Origin: a virus
Taxonomy: Duplodnaviria; Heunggongvirae; Uroviricota; Caudoviricetes
Direction: 5' to 3' (one strand)
IMG/VR virus record: IMGVR_UViG_2541047780_000004
Length of the DNA stretch: 45,478 nt
Part shown: piece after piece, positions 1 to 8,571 of the stretch
How the letters are laid out: the number at the start of each line of letters is the position of its first letter
Numbering within the stretch: position 1 is the first letter of the stretch
Notes under the pieces: generated by a model
What the model saw: only the letters and a program-made list of their open reading frames with translations
Told to the model about the DNA's origin: nothing
Database searches by the model: none
Position numbers and translations under genes: made by a program

Positions 1-1143
1 CTATGCTGTTTTGATATCTACGATAATCCAGTCTTTACCACGATCATCATTGTATCGGTCGGTCATTTTTCTGGATTTATGACCTAACAACTTTTGCGTA
101 TCCAGACCCTGTTCCCGATATAACCGTTCTGACAGAGATCGCTGCTCATGAAATGTGGGCGCAGTTCCTGGCTCCCATTTTATGCCACATTTTTCCCTGG
201 CCTTTTTAAAAGCCGTTGTAAGAGTATTTGCAGACACCTGGTCTCCTCTGTTTGCTTGAGAGGTAGTGTGACGGTAATGGACCAGATATTTACTAACAAC
301 AGCATCCCTGCACTGAGATATAACTTCACGAAGGGTAATATTCAGAGCATCGCATTTCAGGTTAAGCGGAATAGCAAGTTTTGAACCGGTTTTTTCCTGA
401 GTAATGTGCAACATGTCGTCCCAGATATCAGAGAATTTCAAATTGCAGATATCGCCTAAACGTTGTCCAGTGACAAGAGCAAGTAGCATCCCGCATTTTA
501 AATAGGGCTGCCGTCTGCTTACGCTGTCAAATATTGCCTGCCATTCGGGCAGTGATAATCTTTGGCGGTTTACTCGATTTCGCGGTTGTTTTGTTGCCTG
601 CGCTGGGTTAAATCCTGGCGGAACATGTCCTGCGTGTTGTGCTTCTTTGAAGACGTCGATCAACACCATTCTCACGACTTGCGCCATCCTGTTATGACCT
701 TCAGCCTTTACAGCATCAATTATTTCGGCAATATCAAGTGCGGTAATATCCTTGAGGTGTTGCATTCCACAATGCTCACGGAAAAGACGAATGGGTTTGC
801 CTTTTTGCCGATAGGAGTTGGGTCTTAGTTCATTATGTTGCAGCCTGTCCTCCTGGATAGAAATATATTTATCAAGCCATTCTGTCACCGTAATGTCTGA
901 GCGCCTGCCTTTCATTCTTTCTAGACGCTCATTGACGCTTAATATTTGTCGGGTACGTTGTTCAGCAATAATGGTATTTGCTTCAGTAGCAACTTGTTTT
1001 GCTTCATTCTCATCAGTTCCTAAGCTATGAAAACGACCGGATAGTGGATGTTTGTATTGCCAATATACCTTTCCGGTTCGCTTATCTAATTTGCAATATA
1101 AATTGGGTATAGAGATTTTGTGAGATCGGGGTCTAGCAGCCAT
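1..1143 (-). CDS. int: Phage integrase, tyrosine recombinase (lambda-Int family)
   Basis: 380-aa ORF with ATG at 1141-1143 and stop at 1-3; C-terminal catalytic-domain-like sequence of tyrosine recombinases; overlaps the xis-like ORF by 11 nt as in lambda int-xis. Confidence 0.9.
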   Translation of the reverse strand: MAARPRSHKISIPNLYCKLDKRTGKVYWQYKHPLSGRFHSLGTDENEAKQVATEANTIIAEQRTRQILSVNERLERMKGRRSDITVTEWLDKYISIQEDRLQHNELRPNSYRQKGKPIRLFREHCGMQHLKDITALDIAEIIDAVKAEGHNRMAQVVRMVLIDVFKEAQHAGHVPPGFNPAQATKQPRNRVNRQRLSLPEWQAIFDSVSRRQPYLKCGMLLALVTGQRLGDICNLKFSDIWDDMLHITQEKTGSKLAIPLNLKCDALNITLREVISQCRDAVVSKYLVHYRHTTSQANRGDQVSANTLTTAFKKAREKCGIKWEPGTAPTFHEQRSLSERLYREQGLDTQKLLGHKSRKMTDRYNDDRGKDWIIVDIKTA

Positions 1144-1369
1144 CAGCGATTATCCGTTGGAGTTTTGGGTTTGCGTTTATTGGGAGTTGCGGTTCTGCAA
1201 GCGTTCCTACAAAACGGGAATTTCGGTCAATCATCCAGTAGCGACCAACTTTTATAGCGGGTGGGGCCATCATTTTCCCTTGCGCGTATTTTTTCAGAAC
1301 TCGCTCACTTGGTGCTAAGTCCCCAAATTCTTCTTTAGCCCAGTCCTGTAAAGTGATTAGTCGAGACAT
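1133..1369 (-). CDS. xis: Excisionase (Xis-like)
   Basis: 78-aa ORF immediately upstream of int and overlapping it; sequence pattern (ITLQDW... PPAIKVGRYW) resembles lambda Xis (LTLQEW... PPPVKDGREY) as recalled. Confidence 0.75.
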   Translation of the reverse strand: MSRLITLQDWAKEEFGDLAPSERVLKKYAQGKMMAPPAIKVGRYWMIDRNSRFVGTLAEPQLPINANPKLQRIIADGC

Positions 1370-1508
1370 TTGTCCTCCTCTTAGCTGCTGAGGGAGTTTG
1401 TGACCGATATATCTGACATGATATTAAGCTCATGGCAGGTACATCTCTTGACTGGTCATAGAGATAAATTTAATGCTGAGAAATGCAGTATTGAATTTAT
1501 CAATTTTT

Positions 1509-1748
1509 CTATTTCCTGCGTATGGCACGTAACTTCTTAATGTGTTCTGCTGTTTCGATCTCTTCAGCTATCCGATCTGCGTCAGCTTTATTCACAGGTT
1601 CAAAGTCATGATTAAAGCGGAACATGCTGGCGATACATGTTCTGCCTTTTCGGATGTAGTGAACTTTGTTGTGAGTGGAACGCAGGATTTTGCAGGGAGT
1701 GCCGTGGTGGTCGACGTACCAGGTGTTAGGGTAAATCACTCTGAACAT
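1509..1748 (-). CDS. Hypothetical small early protein
   Basis: 79-aa ORF with ATG start, co-oriented with the early-left operon; no family recognised. Confidence 0.5.
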   Translation of the reverse strand: MFRVIYPNTWYVDHHGTPCKILRSTHNKVHYIRKGRTCIASMFRFNHDFEPVNKADADRIAEEIETAEHIKKLRAIRRK

Positions 1749-1773
1749 TCTTGACCTTGTGTTGTGCGGATTG

Positions 1774-2058
1774 TTATTCAGTGCCGATATTTACCTTTAT
1801 CGCGTATACCTTTACCGGTTTATCACCGAAGTGCGGATGTGTGATTGTCTTCACTTCATATCCGTCATACGGAACATCAACTCTGCGGCTGGAATCGTCG
1901 CGCTTCGGATATCCCTTTGTGATAATCAGGCGGTCATGCTTACGGTTAACGAGGCGCTTTTTCCAGTAGTCATTACACAGGCGATACTCTTCCGTTTTCT
2001 CTCCGCGAATCATGGCATCGAAGTATTCACCTTTAACGGCAAGTTGCAGGTTAGCCAC
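1774..2058 (-). CDS. Hypothetical protein, possibly ASCH/PUA-like fold
   Basis: ORF track gives 1774..2142, but that start overlaps the upstream gene by 92 nt; a GTG at 2056-2058 is preceded by AAGGAG and overlaps the upstream stop by 8 nt, so I chose the GTG start. ASCH-like call rests on the GEYFDAMIRGEKTEEYR motif and is tentative. Confidence 0.45.
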   Translation of the reverse strand: MANLQLAVKGEYFDAMIRGEKTEEYRLCNDYWKKRLVNRKHDRLIITKGYPKRDDSSRRVDVPYDGYEVKTITHPHFGDKPVKVYAIKVNIGTE

Positions 2059-2791
2059 GGTTAACTCCTTGCTGTGTGGCGTCGAGTAATAAATCCCACA
2101 ACCGCTGAGAGCAATTTCCGCATGTACAGCGTTGACCCACAACGTTTATCGCGTTGCTGATTTCCGGCGTTACCTGTTTAGGAACCATAACCCAACCATC
2201 CGGAGTTACCGGAAGCGAGAACGGCAGCACATCTCTGTGAACAAGTTTTTGCTGTGACAGGTTATCCAGAACTTTCTGTACTGCTGCATCACCGAATACA
2301 CCAAGCGCATCTGCCATAACTCCTACAACCTGATAAGCCTCAGCGCATACCGTGGATAAACCATCCGGAATTACCGGAGAGTTGCCGGGTTCTTTAATGT
2401 GCAAGCGAGGCTCACCATCTTTTGGCTCAGGCCACTGGCGCTCCATGTTGATCTTCAATTTATCTTCCATAGCAACGGTAATTTCAGCATCGCTGATGCC
2501 AGCACGGCGCTGTGCATCCCACAACAGAAACTGCATATCAGCCCACTCGCTAAGATCGTCTGGTTCGGCTGCGGCTTCCAGTGCCTCTTTTGAGAGGTGT
2601 TTCAGTGGACCAATGGGGCCAACGCAGCCAAATGTGGAGTCAGACCATTTGGCATGCTCGTGGCGAATCTGTTCGCGTTCCAGTGATGCCAGTGCAATTC
2701 GTGCTAGTTCCATTTGTTCGCCACGAGTAAGCCCGTTTTCAAGCGGATTTTTAATGAACAATTCAATACGTTCTTTGGTAATAGTGGTCAT
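2051..2791 (-). CDS. Hypothetical protein with DUF550-like (dATP/dGTP pyrophosphohydrolase-like) central region
   Basis: 246-aa ORF, ATG at 2789-2791; central segment (WSDSTFG...KHLSKEALE...EWADMQFLLWDAQRRAG) matches my recollection of the DUF550 family; not verified by search. Confidence 0.5.
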   Translation of the reverse strand: MTTITKERIELFIKNPLENGLTRGEQMELARIALASLEREQIRHEHAKWSDSTFGCVGPIGPLKHLSKEALEAAAEPDDLSEWADMQFLLWDAQRRAGISDAEITVAMEDKLKINMERQWPEPKDGEPRLHIKEPGNSPVIPDGLSTVCAEAYQVVGVMADALGVFGDAAVQKVLDNLSQQKLVHRDVLPFSLPVTPDGWVMVPKQVTPEISNAINVVGQRCTCGNCSQRLWDLLLDATQQGVNRG

Positions 2792-2997
2792 GTGTTAATC
2801 CTCAAAACTTTATGCCCGGGCGCAAAAGTACGTGTTTTGTCTTTGCTTATTCGCCACCCGTCTTTACGGGCCTCTTTTGCACAACCAGACCATGACGTAC
2901 CGATATACTCACCGAAGTCTGGCACTGGATATACACCTTCCGTACACTGGCGACAATCACAATAGAGATGCATGGTGTAACTTGCGGCAATAGCCAT
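2788..2997 (-). CDS. Hypothetical Cys-rich small protein
   Basis: ORF track start at 3039 overlaps the upstream gene; an internal ATG at 2995-2997 sits 1 nt after the upstream TGA with a GAGAG RBS-like sequence; contains a CDCRQC motif. Confidence 0.4.
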   Translation of the reverse strand: MAIAASYTMHLYCDCRQCTEGVYPVPDFGEYIGTSWSGCAKEARKDGWRISKDKTRTFAPGHKVLRINT

Positions 2998-2998
2998 A

Positions 2999-3532
2999 TC
3001 ACTCTCTTTTTCCCTGAAGCATGGCAGCGTGGCAGGCATCCTCTACGCCCTTAACTGCATCTGCGCAGTAGTTATAGCGATTGCATTCCACTAACTTCTG
3101 CCTGAGATTTTCAATTGCTTGCGCGACATCAGCCTGTATTACAGGAACTGGCGGAACGGCTGTCTGCTGCTCTCGAACGTCATTAGTCGCTATCGGTTCT
3201 GCTGCCAACTGACTGGCATATTTGTTAATGGTAACGATAAGCTCTTGCTCAGCCTCATCCAGACAATCACCGATACCTCGCCTGTCGCCGTCAAAATCAT
3301 CGAAATCAGCACGAACTCTGGCAAATTTCAGGATTGCGGACAACACCTCACCAGGAATTACCGGAGAGTTGGTTGACGTTTCCGAAATTTCCCGAAAATT
3401 ATTGGTTGACGAATTCGCGTTTTCCCGAAAGTTTCCGGCATGAAGCATAGCCGCGCGGCAGGCGTTCCAGCCTCTCACCTCTGCAATAGCGGCAACAGCA
3501 TCGACCGCGTACATGCTAAGAGGGTTAGGCAT
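2999..3532 (-). CDS. Hypothetical protein with internal tandem repeat (NFRE...NFRE)
   Basis: ORF track 2999..3607 starts on TTG and overlaps the upstream gene; first in-frame ATG downstream of the upstream stop is at 3530-3532. Start is uncertain. Confidence 0.4.
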   Translation of the reverse strand: MPNPLSMYAVDAVAAIAEVRGWNACRAAMLHAGNFRENANSSTNNFREISETSTNSPVIPGEVLSAILKFARVRADFDDFDGDRRGIGDCLDEAEQELIVTINKYASQLAAEPIATNDVREQQTAVPPVPVIQADVAQAIENLRQKLVECNRYNYCADAVKGVEDACHAAMLQGKRE

Positions 3533-3549
3533 TGGTTTTTCTTCAGGTA

Positions 3550-3804
3550 CTACTGGCACTGGCTTGGCATATATAGCGGCTGAACATACCAACCCTTTGA
3601 TAACCAACTGTCAGCAATGTTTTTACTCCTCGTTATTGCCGGAATACCTAAGCCATTGTCTGAATGCAGCCATGCCACCGGATTCTCTTCCAGCGATGCC
3701 AGAGCAATTTCATAAGCCCGGCGCTCAACATTGTCTCGCACATCCAAACTGCTGATACGCTCTTTGATTTCTTTAATCAGTTCTTTGTCGGTAAAAGTGC
3801 TCAT
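3550..3804 (-). CDS. Hypothetical protein
   Basis: ORF track 3550..3825 begins with TTG; ATG at 3802-3804 lies 1 nt after the upstream TGA (TGAtATG) with GGAG 6 nt upstream. Confidence 0.5.
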   Translation of the reverse strand: MSTFTDKELIKEIKERISSLDVRDNVERRAYEIALASLEENPVAWLHSDNGLGIPAITRSKNIADSWLSKGWYVQPLYMPSQCQ

Positions 3805-3805
3805 A

Positions 3806-4570
3806 TCAATCTCCATTGGTATCAATGTTTACAGCCTGACAAGACTCTTTGAGCACCCAGTCAATAGCGTCTTTCCATGCCTCTGTTTCGACTGGTGGAT
3901 TTTCACGCTTAACCTGTTCATAGAAGCGCACTGCTTTAACCAGTCCTTCCGGTACTACTGGTGATGGCTGTTTAGCTTCTAAATCAGCAATTCTGTCAAC
4001 CACGGCATCGACAGCATCTGAAAAGCCGAACCAGTTGCTCCACTCCGGCTCATCCCCGGTTGCTGCAAAGTACATATCTGCTAAAGCAGATTCAGCATGG
4101 TCACGCTCGTTAATGAGTTGCTCTTCGCTTTTCTCCAGTTCAGCAATACGCTTACCCCCATCCGAGATAACACCTTCGTAATACTCACGCTGCTCGTTGA
4201 GTTTTGATTTTGTCTCCTCAAGCTCAACTCTCAGCTTCCCAACAGTAAGAGCAATATCCTCGTTCTCCTGGTCGCGGCGTTTTATGTATTGCTGGTTTCT
4301 TTCCCGTTCATCCAGCAGTGCCAGCACAGTAGCCGGATTGGCTGCGGCGATGAATTCAGCATTGGCCTGCTGTTCCATTTGGAAATCTTCATCGAAACCG
4401 CTTTCTGGATGCGCTCCTTCAATTCTGCAAATGGGAATATATCCAGCAACTTCACGATGAATTAGCGCATAATCACCATCAAATCGGCTCTCTCCATATT
4501 CGAGCGACCACTCACCACACGTTGCTTTTTCTGCCGCTTCACGCAGTGCCTGATAGTTAATTTCGCTCAC
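3806..4570 (-). CDS. Ea22-like early protein
   Basis: 254-aa ORF with GTG start overlapping the upstream TGA (GTGA) and a GAGAGG RBS; coiled-coil-rich sequence resembling lambdoid Ea22-family proteins as recalled. Confidence 0.65.
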   Translation of the reverse strand: MSEINYQALREAAEKATCGEWSLEYGESRFDGDYALIHREVAGYIPICRIEGAHPESGFDEDFQMEQQANAEFIAAANPATVLALLDERERNQQYIKRRDQENEDIALTVGKLRVELEETKSKLNEQREYYEGVISDGGKRIAELEKSEEQLINERDHAESALADMYFAATGDEPEWSNWFGFSDAVDAVVDRIADLEAKQPSPVVPEGLVKAVRFYEQVKRENPPVETEAWKDAIDWVLKESCQAVNIDTNGD

Positions 4571-4788
4571 TTCGAACCTCTCTGTTTACTGATAAGCTCC
4601 AGATCCTCCTGGCAACTTGCACAAGTCCGACAACCCTGAACGACCAGGCGTCTTCGTTCATCTATGGGATCGCCACACTCACAACAATGAGTGGCGGATA
4701 TAGTCTGGTAGTTCAGACGACGCATTTTTATTGCTGTATTGCGCTGTAATTCTTCAATTTCTGATGCTGAATCAATGATGTCCGCCAT
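4567..4788 (-). CDS. TraR/DksA-family C4 zinc-finger protein
   Basis: 73-aa ORF with CxxC...CxxC spacing (CCECGDPIDERRR...CRTCASCQ) typical of phage TraR-like proteins. Confidence 0.75.
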   Translation of the reverse strand: MADIIDSASEIEELQRNTAIKMRRLNYQTISATHCCECGDPIDERRRLVVQGCRTCASCQEDLELISKQRGSK

Positions 4789-4840
4789 CTTTCATTAATC
4801 CCTGAATTGTTGGTTAATACGCTTGAGGGTGAATGCGAAT

Positions 4841-4866
4841 AATAAAAAAGGAGCCTGTAGCTCCCT
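4841..4866 (-). terminator. Rho-independent terminator-like hairpin in the leftward operon
   Basis: Stem GGAGC / GCTCC with loop CTGTA at 4850-4864; on the minus strand it is followed by a T-tract (plus-strand AATAAAAAA at 4841-4849); sits just downstream of the ORF ending at 4887. Confidence 0.5.
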
Positions 4867-4886
4867 GATGATTTTGCTTTTCATGT

Positions 4887-5168
4887 TCACCGTTCCTTAA
4901 AGACGCCGTTTAACATGCCGATCGCCAGGCTTAAATGAGTCGGTGTGAATCCCATCAGCGTTACCGTTTCGCGGTGCTTCTTTAGTACGCTACGGCAAAT
5001 GTCATCGACGTTTTTATCCGGAAACTGCTGTCTGGCTTTTTTGATTTCAGAATTAGCCTGACGGGCAATGCTGCGAAGGGCGTTTTCTTGCTGAGGTGTC
5101 ACTGAACAAGCCCCATGTCGGCAAGCATAAGCACACAGAATATGAAGCCCGCTGCCAGAAAAATGCAT
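4887..5168 (-). CDS. Hypothetical protein (alternative GTG start at 5102 gives 71 aa)
   Basis: 93-aa ORF from ATG 5166-5168 without a clear RBS; an in-frame GTG at 5100-5102 overlaps the stop of a 27-codon ORF in another frame (GTGA), giving an alternative coupled arrangement. Confidence 0.45.
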   Translation of the reverse strand: MHFSGSGLHILCAYACRHGACSVTPQQENALRSIARQANSEIKKARQQFPDKNVDDICRSVLKKHRETVTLMGFTPTHLSLAIGMLNGVFKER

Positions 5169-5182
5169 TCAGTGGTTGTCAT
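5099..5182 (-). CDS. Candidate 27-aa hydrophobic peptide (MTTTECIFLAAGFIFCVLMLADMGLVQ)
   Basis: ATG at 5180-5182 overlaps the upstream stop (ATGA); TGA at 5099-5101 overlaps the next GTG (GTGA); sequence is strongly hydrophobic. Below the 60-aa ORF-track cut-off, so absent from the track. Confidence 0.3.
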   Translation of the reverse strand: MTTTECIFLAAGFIFCVLMLADMGLVQ

Positions 5183-5370
5183 ACCTGGTCTCTCTCATCT
5201 GCTTCTGCTTTCGCCACCATCATTTCCAGCTTTTGTGAAAGGGATGTGGCTAACGTATGAAATTCTTCGTCTGTTTCTACTGGTATTGGCACAAACCTGA
5301 CTCCAATTTGAGCAAGGCTATGTGCCATCTCAATACTCGTTCTTAACTCAACAGGAGATGCTTTGTGCAT
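5179..5370 (-). CDS. Small early protein (resembles Qin-prophage YdfA-type proteins from memory)
   Basis: 63-aa ORF, ATG at 5368-5370 with GGGAGG RBS; family name is unverified recollection. Confidence 0.5.
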   Translation of the reverse strand: MHKASPVELRTSIEMAHSLAQIGVRFVPIPVETDEEFHTLATSLSQKLEMMVAKAEADERDQV

Positions 5371-5531
5371 ACCGCCTCCCGTTTATTATTTATCTTCTCA
5401 GCCAGCCGCTGTGCTTTCAGTGGATTTCTGATAACAGAAAGGCCGGGAAATACCCAGCCTCGCTTTGTAACGGAGTAGACGAAAGTGATCGCGCCTACCC
5501 GGATATTATCGTGAGGATGCGTCATCGCCAT
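5343..5531 (-). CDS. Small early protein (hypothetical)
   Basis: 62-aa ORF, ATG at 5529-5531, overlaps the downstream gene by 28 nt. Confidence 0.45.
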   Translation of the reverse strand: MAMTHPHDNIRVGAITFVYSVTKRGWVFPGLSVIRNPLKAQRLAEKINNKREAVCTKHLLLS

Positions 5532-5661
5532 TGCTCCCCAAATACAAAACTAATTTCAGCCAGTGCCTCGTCCATTTTTTCGATGAACTCCGGCACCATC
5601 TCGTCAAAACTCGCCATGTACTTTTCATCCCGCTCAACCACGACATAATGCAGTCCTTCAC
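5522..5661 (-). pseudogene. 5'-truncated early-gene remnant abutting the IS911 left end
   Basis: The ORF track's 5522..5710 reading frame runs into the IS911 terminus at 5662, so its first 16 codons are IS-encoded; only the C-terminal 46 codons are phage-derived. Confidence 0.35.
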
Positions 5662-5733
5662 TGAAGTGGTTTACTGAATTTGGCCACCTGAACAGAGGTG
5701 ATATGCTCACCTCAGAACAACACAGGTGCCATA

Positions 5734-6881
<1,148 letters not shown>

Positions 6882-6911
6882 CTCGGTGGCCAGTTTTTGT
6901 TGACCACTTCA

Positions 6912-7075
6912 GGTATACAATCCTCATCCAAGGGGATGATATGGGCTTGTAGCCACATATCAGAGCGACTTGGTTTCTGTTTCCATTTAACGCCAGAAAA
7001 GTTAACTATTTTTTTACAATAAAGTACTTTATCAACTTCTACTTGGCTTGGCTGATAATCATCTATTTTTGCCAA
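6912..7075 (-). pseudogene. 3'-truncated ORF at the rex position (immediately downstream of the repressor gene), cut by IS911
   Basis: Reading frame starts on TTG at 7073-7075 and runs into the IS911 right end at 6911; AT-rich; only 54 phage-derived codons remain. Confidence 0.25.
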
Positions 7076-7114
7076 TGTTTACCGCCCTGTAAATTGTAGA
7101 TAAAAGTGGTTTCA

Positions 7115-7774
7115 TCACCCAAACGTCTCTTCAGGCCATTGGCTGGCGATAACTTTCCCCACAACGGAACAACTCTCATTGCATGGGATCATTGGGTATT
7201 GTGGGTTTAGTGGCTGTAGAAACACCTGACCGCTATCCCTGATCAGTTTCTTGAAGGTAAATTCATCACCACCAAGTCTGGCTATGCAGAAATCGCCGGG
7301 CTCAACAGCTTGCTCAGGGTCAACCAGAATTAACATCCCGTCAGGAAAGCTGGGTTTGGAACCTGTTGGTGCGGTCATTGAGTTACCTTCAACCTCAAGC
7401 CAGAATGCAGAGTCACTGGCTTTTTTGGTTGTGCTTACCAATCTCTCCGCATCGCCTTTGGTAAAGGTTCTGAGTTCTGGAGAGAACATCCCAGCCTGAA
7501 CATGAGAAAAAACAGGGTACTCATATTGTTTTTTAACTGGGGCCGATGAGTATTCGCCAACAGGTGAAAATGTCCCGTCGTGGTTGAATGATATGTTATC
7601 AATACCAAGGTATTTAAACACCACACCAATATCACTAAGAGATGGATGACGAGATCCGCGCAACCAGTGTCCAATCCCACCCTGCGTCATACCTAGCTCT
7701 TCGGCTAACTTCTCTTGAGTTATGCCGAGCTCTTTCATTCTGGATCTAGCCAGTTCATACCATTTCATTTTCAT
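7115..7774 (-). CDS. cI: CI-type prophage repressor (N-terminal HTH + C-terminal S24 LexA-like peptidase domain)
   Basis: C-terminal 130 aa ([18 protein letters not shown]...[12 protein letters not shown]) match lambda CI as I recall it; N-terminal HTH domain is different. ORF-track start at 7816 is TTG; I chose ATG at 7772-7774 (MKMKWYEL...). Confidence 0.85.
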   Translation of the reverse strand: MKMKWYELARSRMKELGITQEKLAEELGMTQGGIGHWLRGSRHPSLSDIGVVFKYLGIDNISFNHDGTFSPVGEYSSAPVKKQYEYPVFSHVQAGMFSPELRTFTKGDAERLVSTTKKASDSAFWLEVEGNSMTAPTGSKPSFPDGMLILVDPEQAVEPGDFCIARLGGDEFTFKKLIRDSGQVFLQPLNPQYPMIPCNESCSVVGKVIASQWPEETFG

Positions 7775-7810
7775 GTCCTTATTATTACGCTCTGTACTGG
7801 AACCATCCAT

Positions 7811-7885
7811 GCACAATGTGTATTTTTACTTGTATTCGCAAAGTACATATTGTATTTTTTTATTCGTGTTTACTATGGAGGGCAT
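7811..7885. promoter_or_regulatory. Divergent cI/cro control region with candidate operator palindromes
   Basis: Intergenic region between divergent cI and cro with short palindromes (CACAATGTG, TACTT-N9-AAGTA, TACATATTGTA); promoter elements not assigned. Confidence 0.4.
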
Positions 7886-8101
7886 ATGAGCAACCTACGA
7901 AAATATCGAGAGTCACTGAATATCTCTCAAACAACACTTGCTAAGGCAGTTGGATGCACACAGGGAGCTATCGGACATTGGGAATCTGGTCGTCGCTTCC
8001 CAGACCTTAAAACATGCCGTGCTCTTGTTGCGTGCCTAAACAAGTTAGGCGCAAAAGTCAGTCTTGATGACGTGTTCCCGCCGGAACACAAAGCCGCTTA
8101 A
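7886..8101 (+). CDS. cro: Cro-like HTH regulator
   Basis: 71-aa ORF, ATG at 7886 preceded by GGAGGG; HTH-like sequence (ISQTTLAKAVGCTQGAIGHWESG). Confidence 0.8.
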   Translation: MSNLRKYRESLNISQTTLAKAVGCTQGAIGHWESGRRFPDLKTCRALVACLNKLGAKVSLDDVFPPEHKAA

Positions 8102-8111
8102 TAAGCGGATC

Positions 8112-8158
8112 CGCTCTTTGTAACAACGGACATTCGTCCTACGTCGCTGAAAAGCGAG
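8112..8158 (+). promoter_or_regulatory. nutR-like element (boxA-like CGCTCTTTG plus downstream hairpin with GAAAA-type loop)
   Basis: CGCTCTTTG at 8112-8120 resembles the boxA consensus; hairpin TCGC-TGAAAA-GCGA at 8144-8157; spacing is longer than in lambda, so tentative. Confidence 0.3.
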
Positions 8159-8242
8159 TTCCAAGATATCTGACCAACTAAGGCCATATGCGTTTCCACG
8201 CATACCTTTCAACTAACTATTCACTATTGGAAATCTTAAGAA

Positions 8243-8539
8243 ATGGAAAGAACAAGTTACAGCAAACTATCACAGCGTGACGTTGATCGCGCAGAAACAG
8301 ATTTACTTATCAATCTGTCAGCTATTACCCAGCGCGGTCTGGCAAAGATGATTGGCTGTCATGAATCGAAGATAAGCAGAACGGACTGGAGATTTATTGC
8401 TTCGGTCTTGTGTGCTTTCGGAATGGCATCAGACATCAGTCCGATTAGCAGGGCTTTTAAGTATGCGCTTGATGGACTCACCAATAAAAAACGCCCGGCG
8501 GCAACCGAGCGTTCTGAACAAATCCAGATGGAATTCTGA
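8243..8539 (+). CDS. cII: CII-like transcriptional activator
   Basis: 98-aa ORF; C-terminal TNKKRPAATERSEQIQMEF matches lambda CII as recalled; N-terminal part differs. Confidence 0.8.
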   Translation: MERTSYSKLSQRDVDRAETDLLINLSAITQRGLAKMIGCHESKISRTDWRFIASVLCAFGMASDISPISRAFKYALDGLTNKKRPAATERSEQIQMEF

Positions 8540-8571
8540 GGTCATTACTGGATCAATCCACAGGAGTCATT

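Noticed and set aside
148-1030. Plus-strand ORFs (148..384, 562..828, 818..1030)
   Set aside because: All antisense within the integrase gene.
4789-4886. Possible DicF-like small RNA at the terminator between the TraR-like gene and the upstream ORF
   Set aside because: The hairpin does not match my recollection of DicF; it is more simply explained as an intrinsic terminator.
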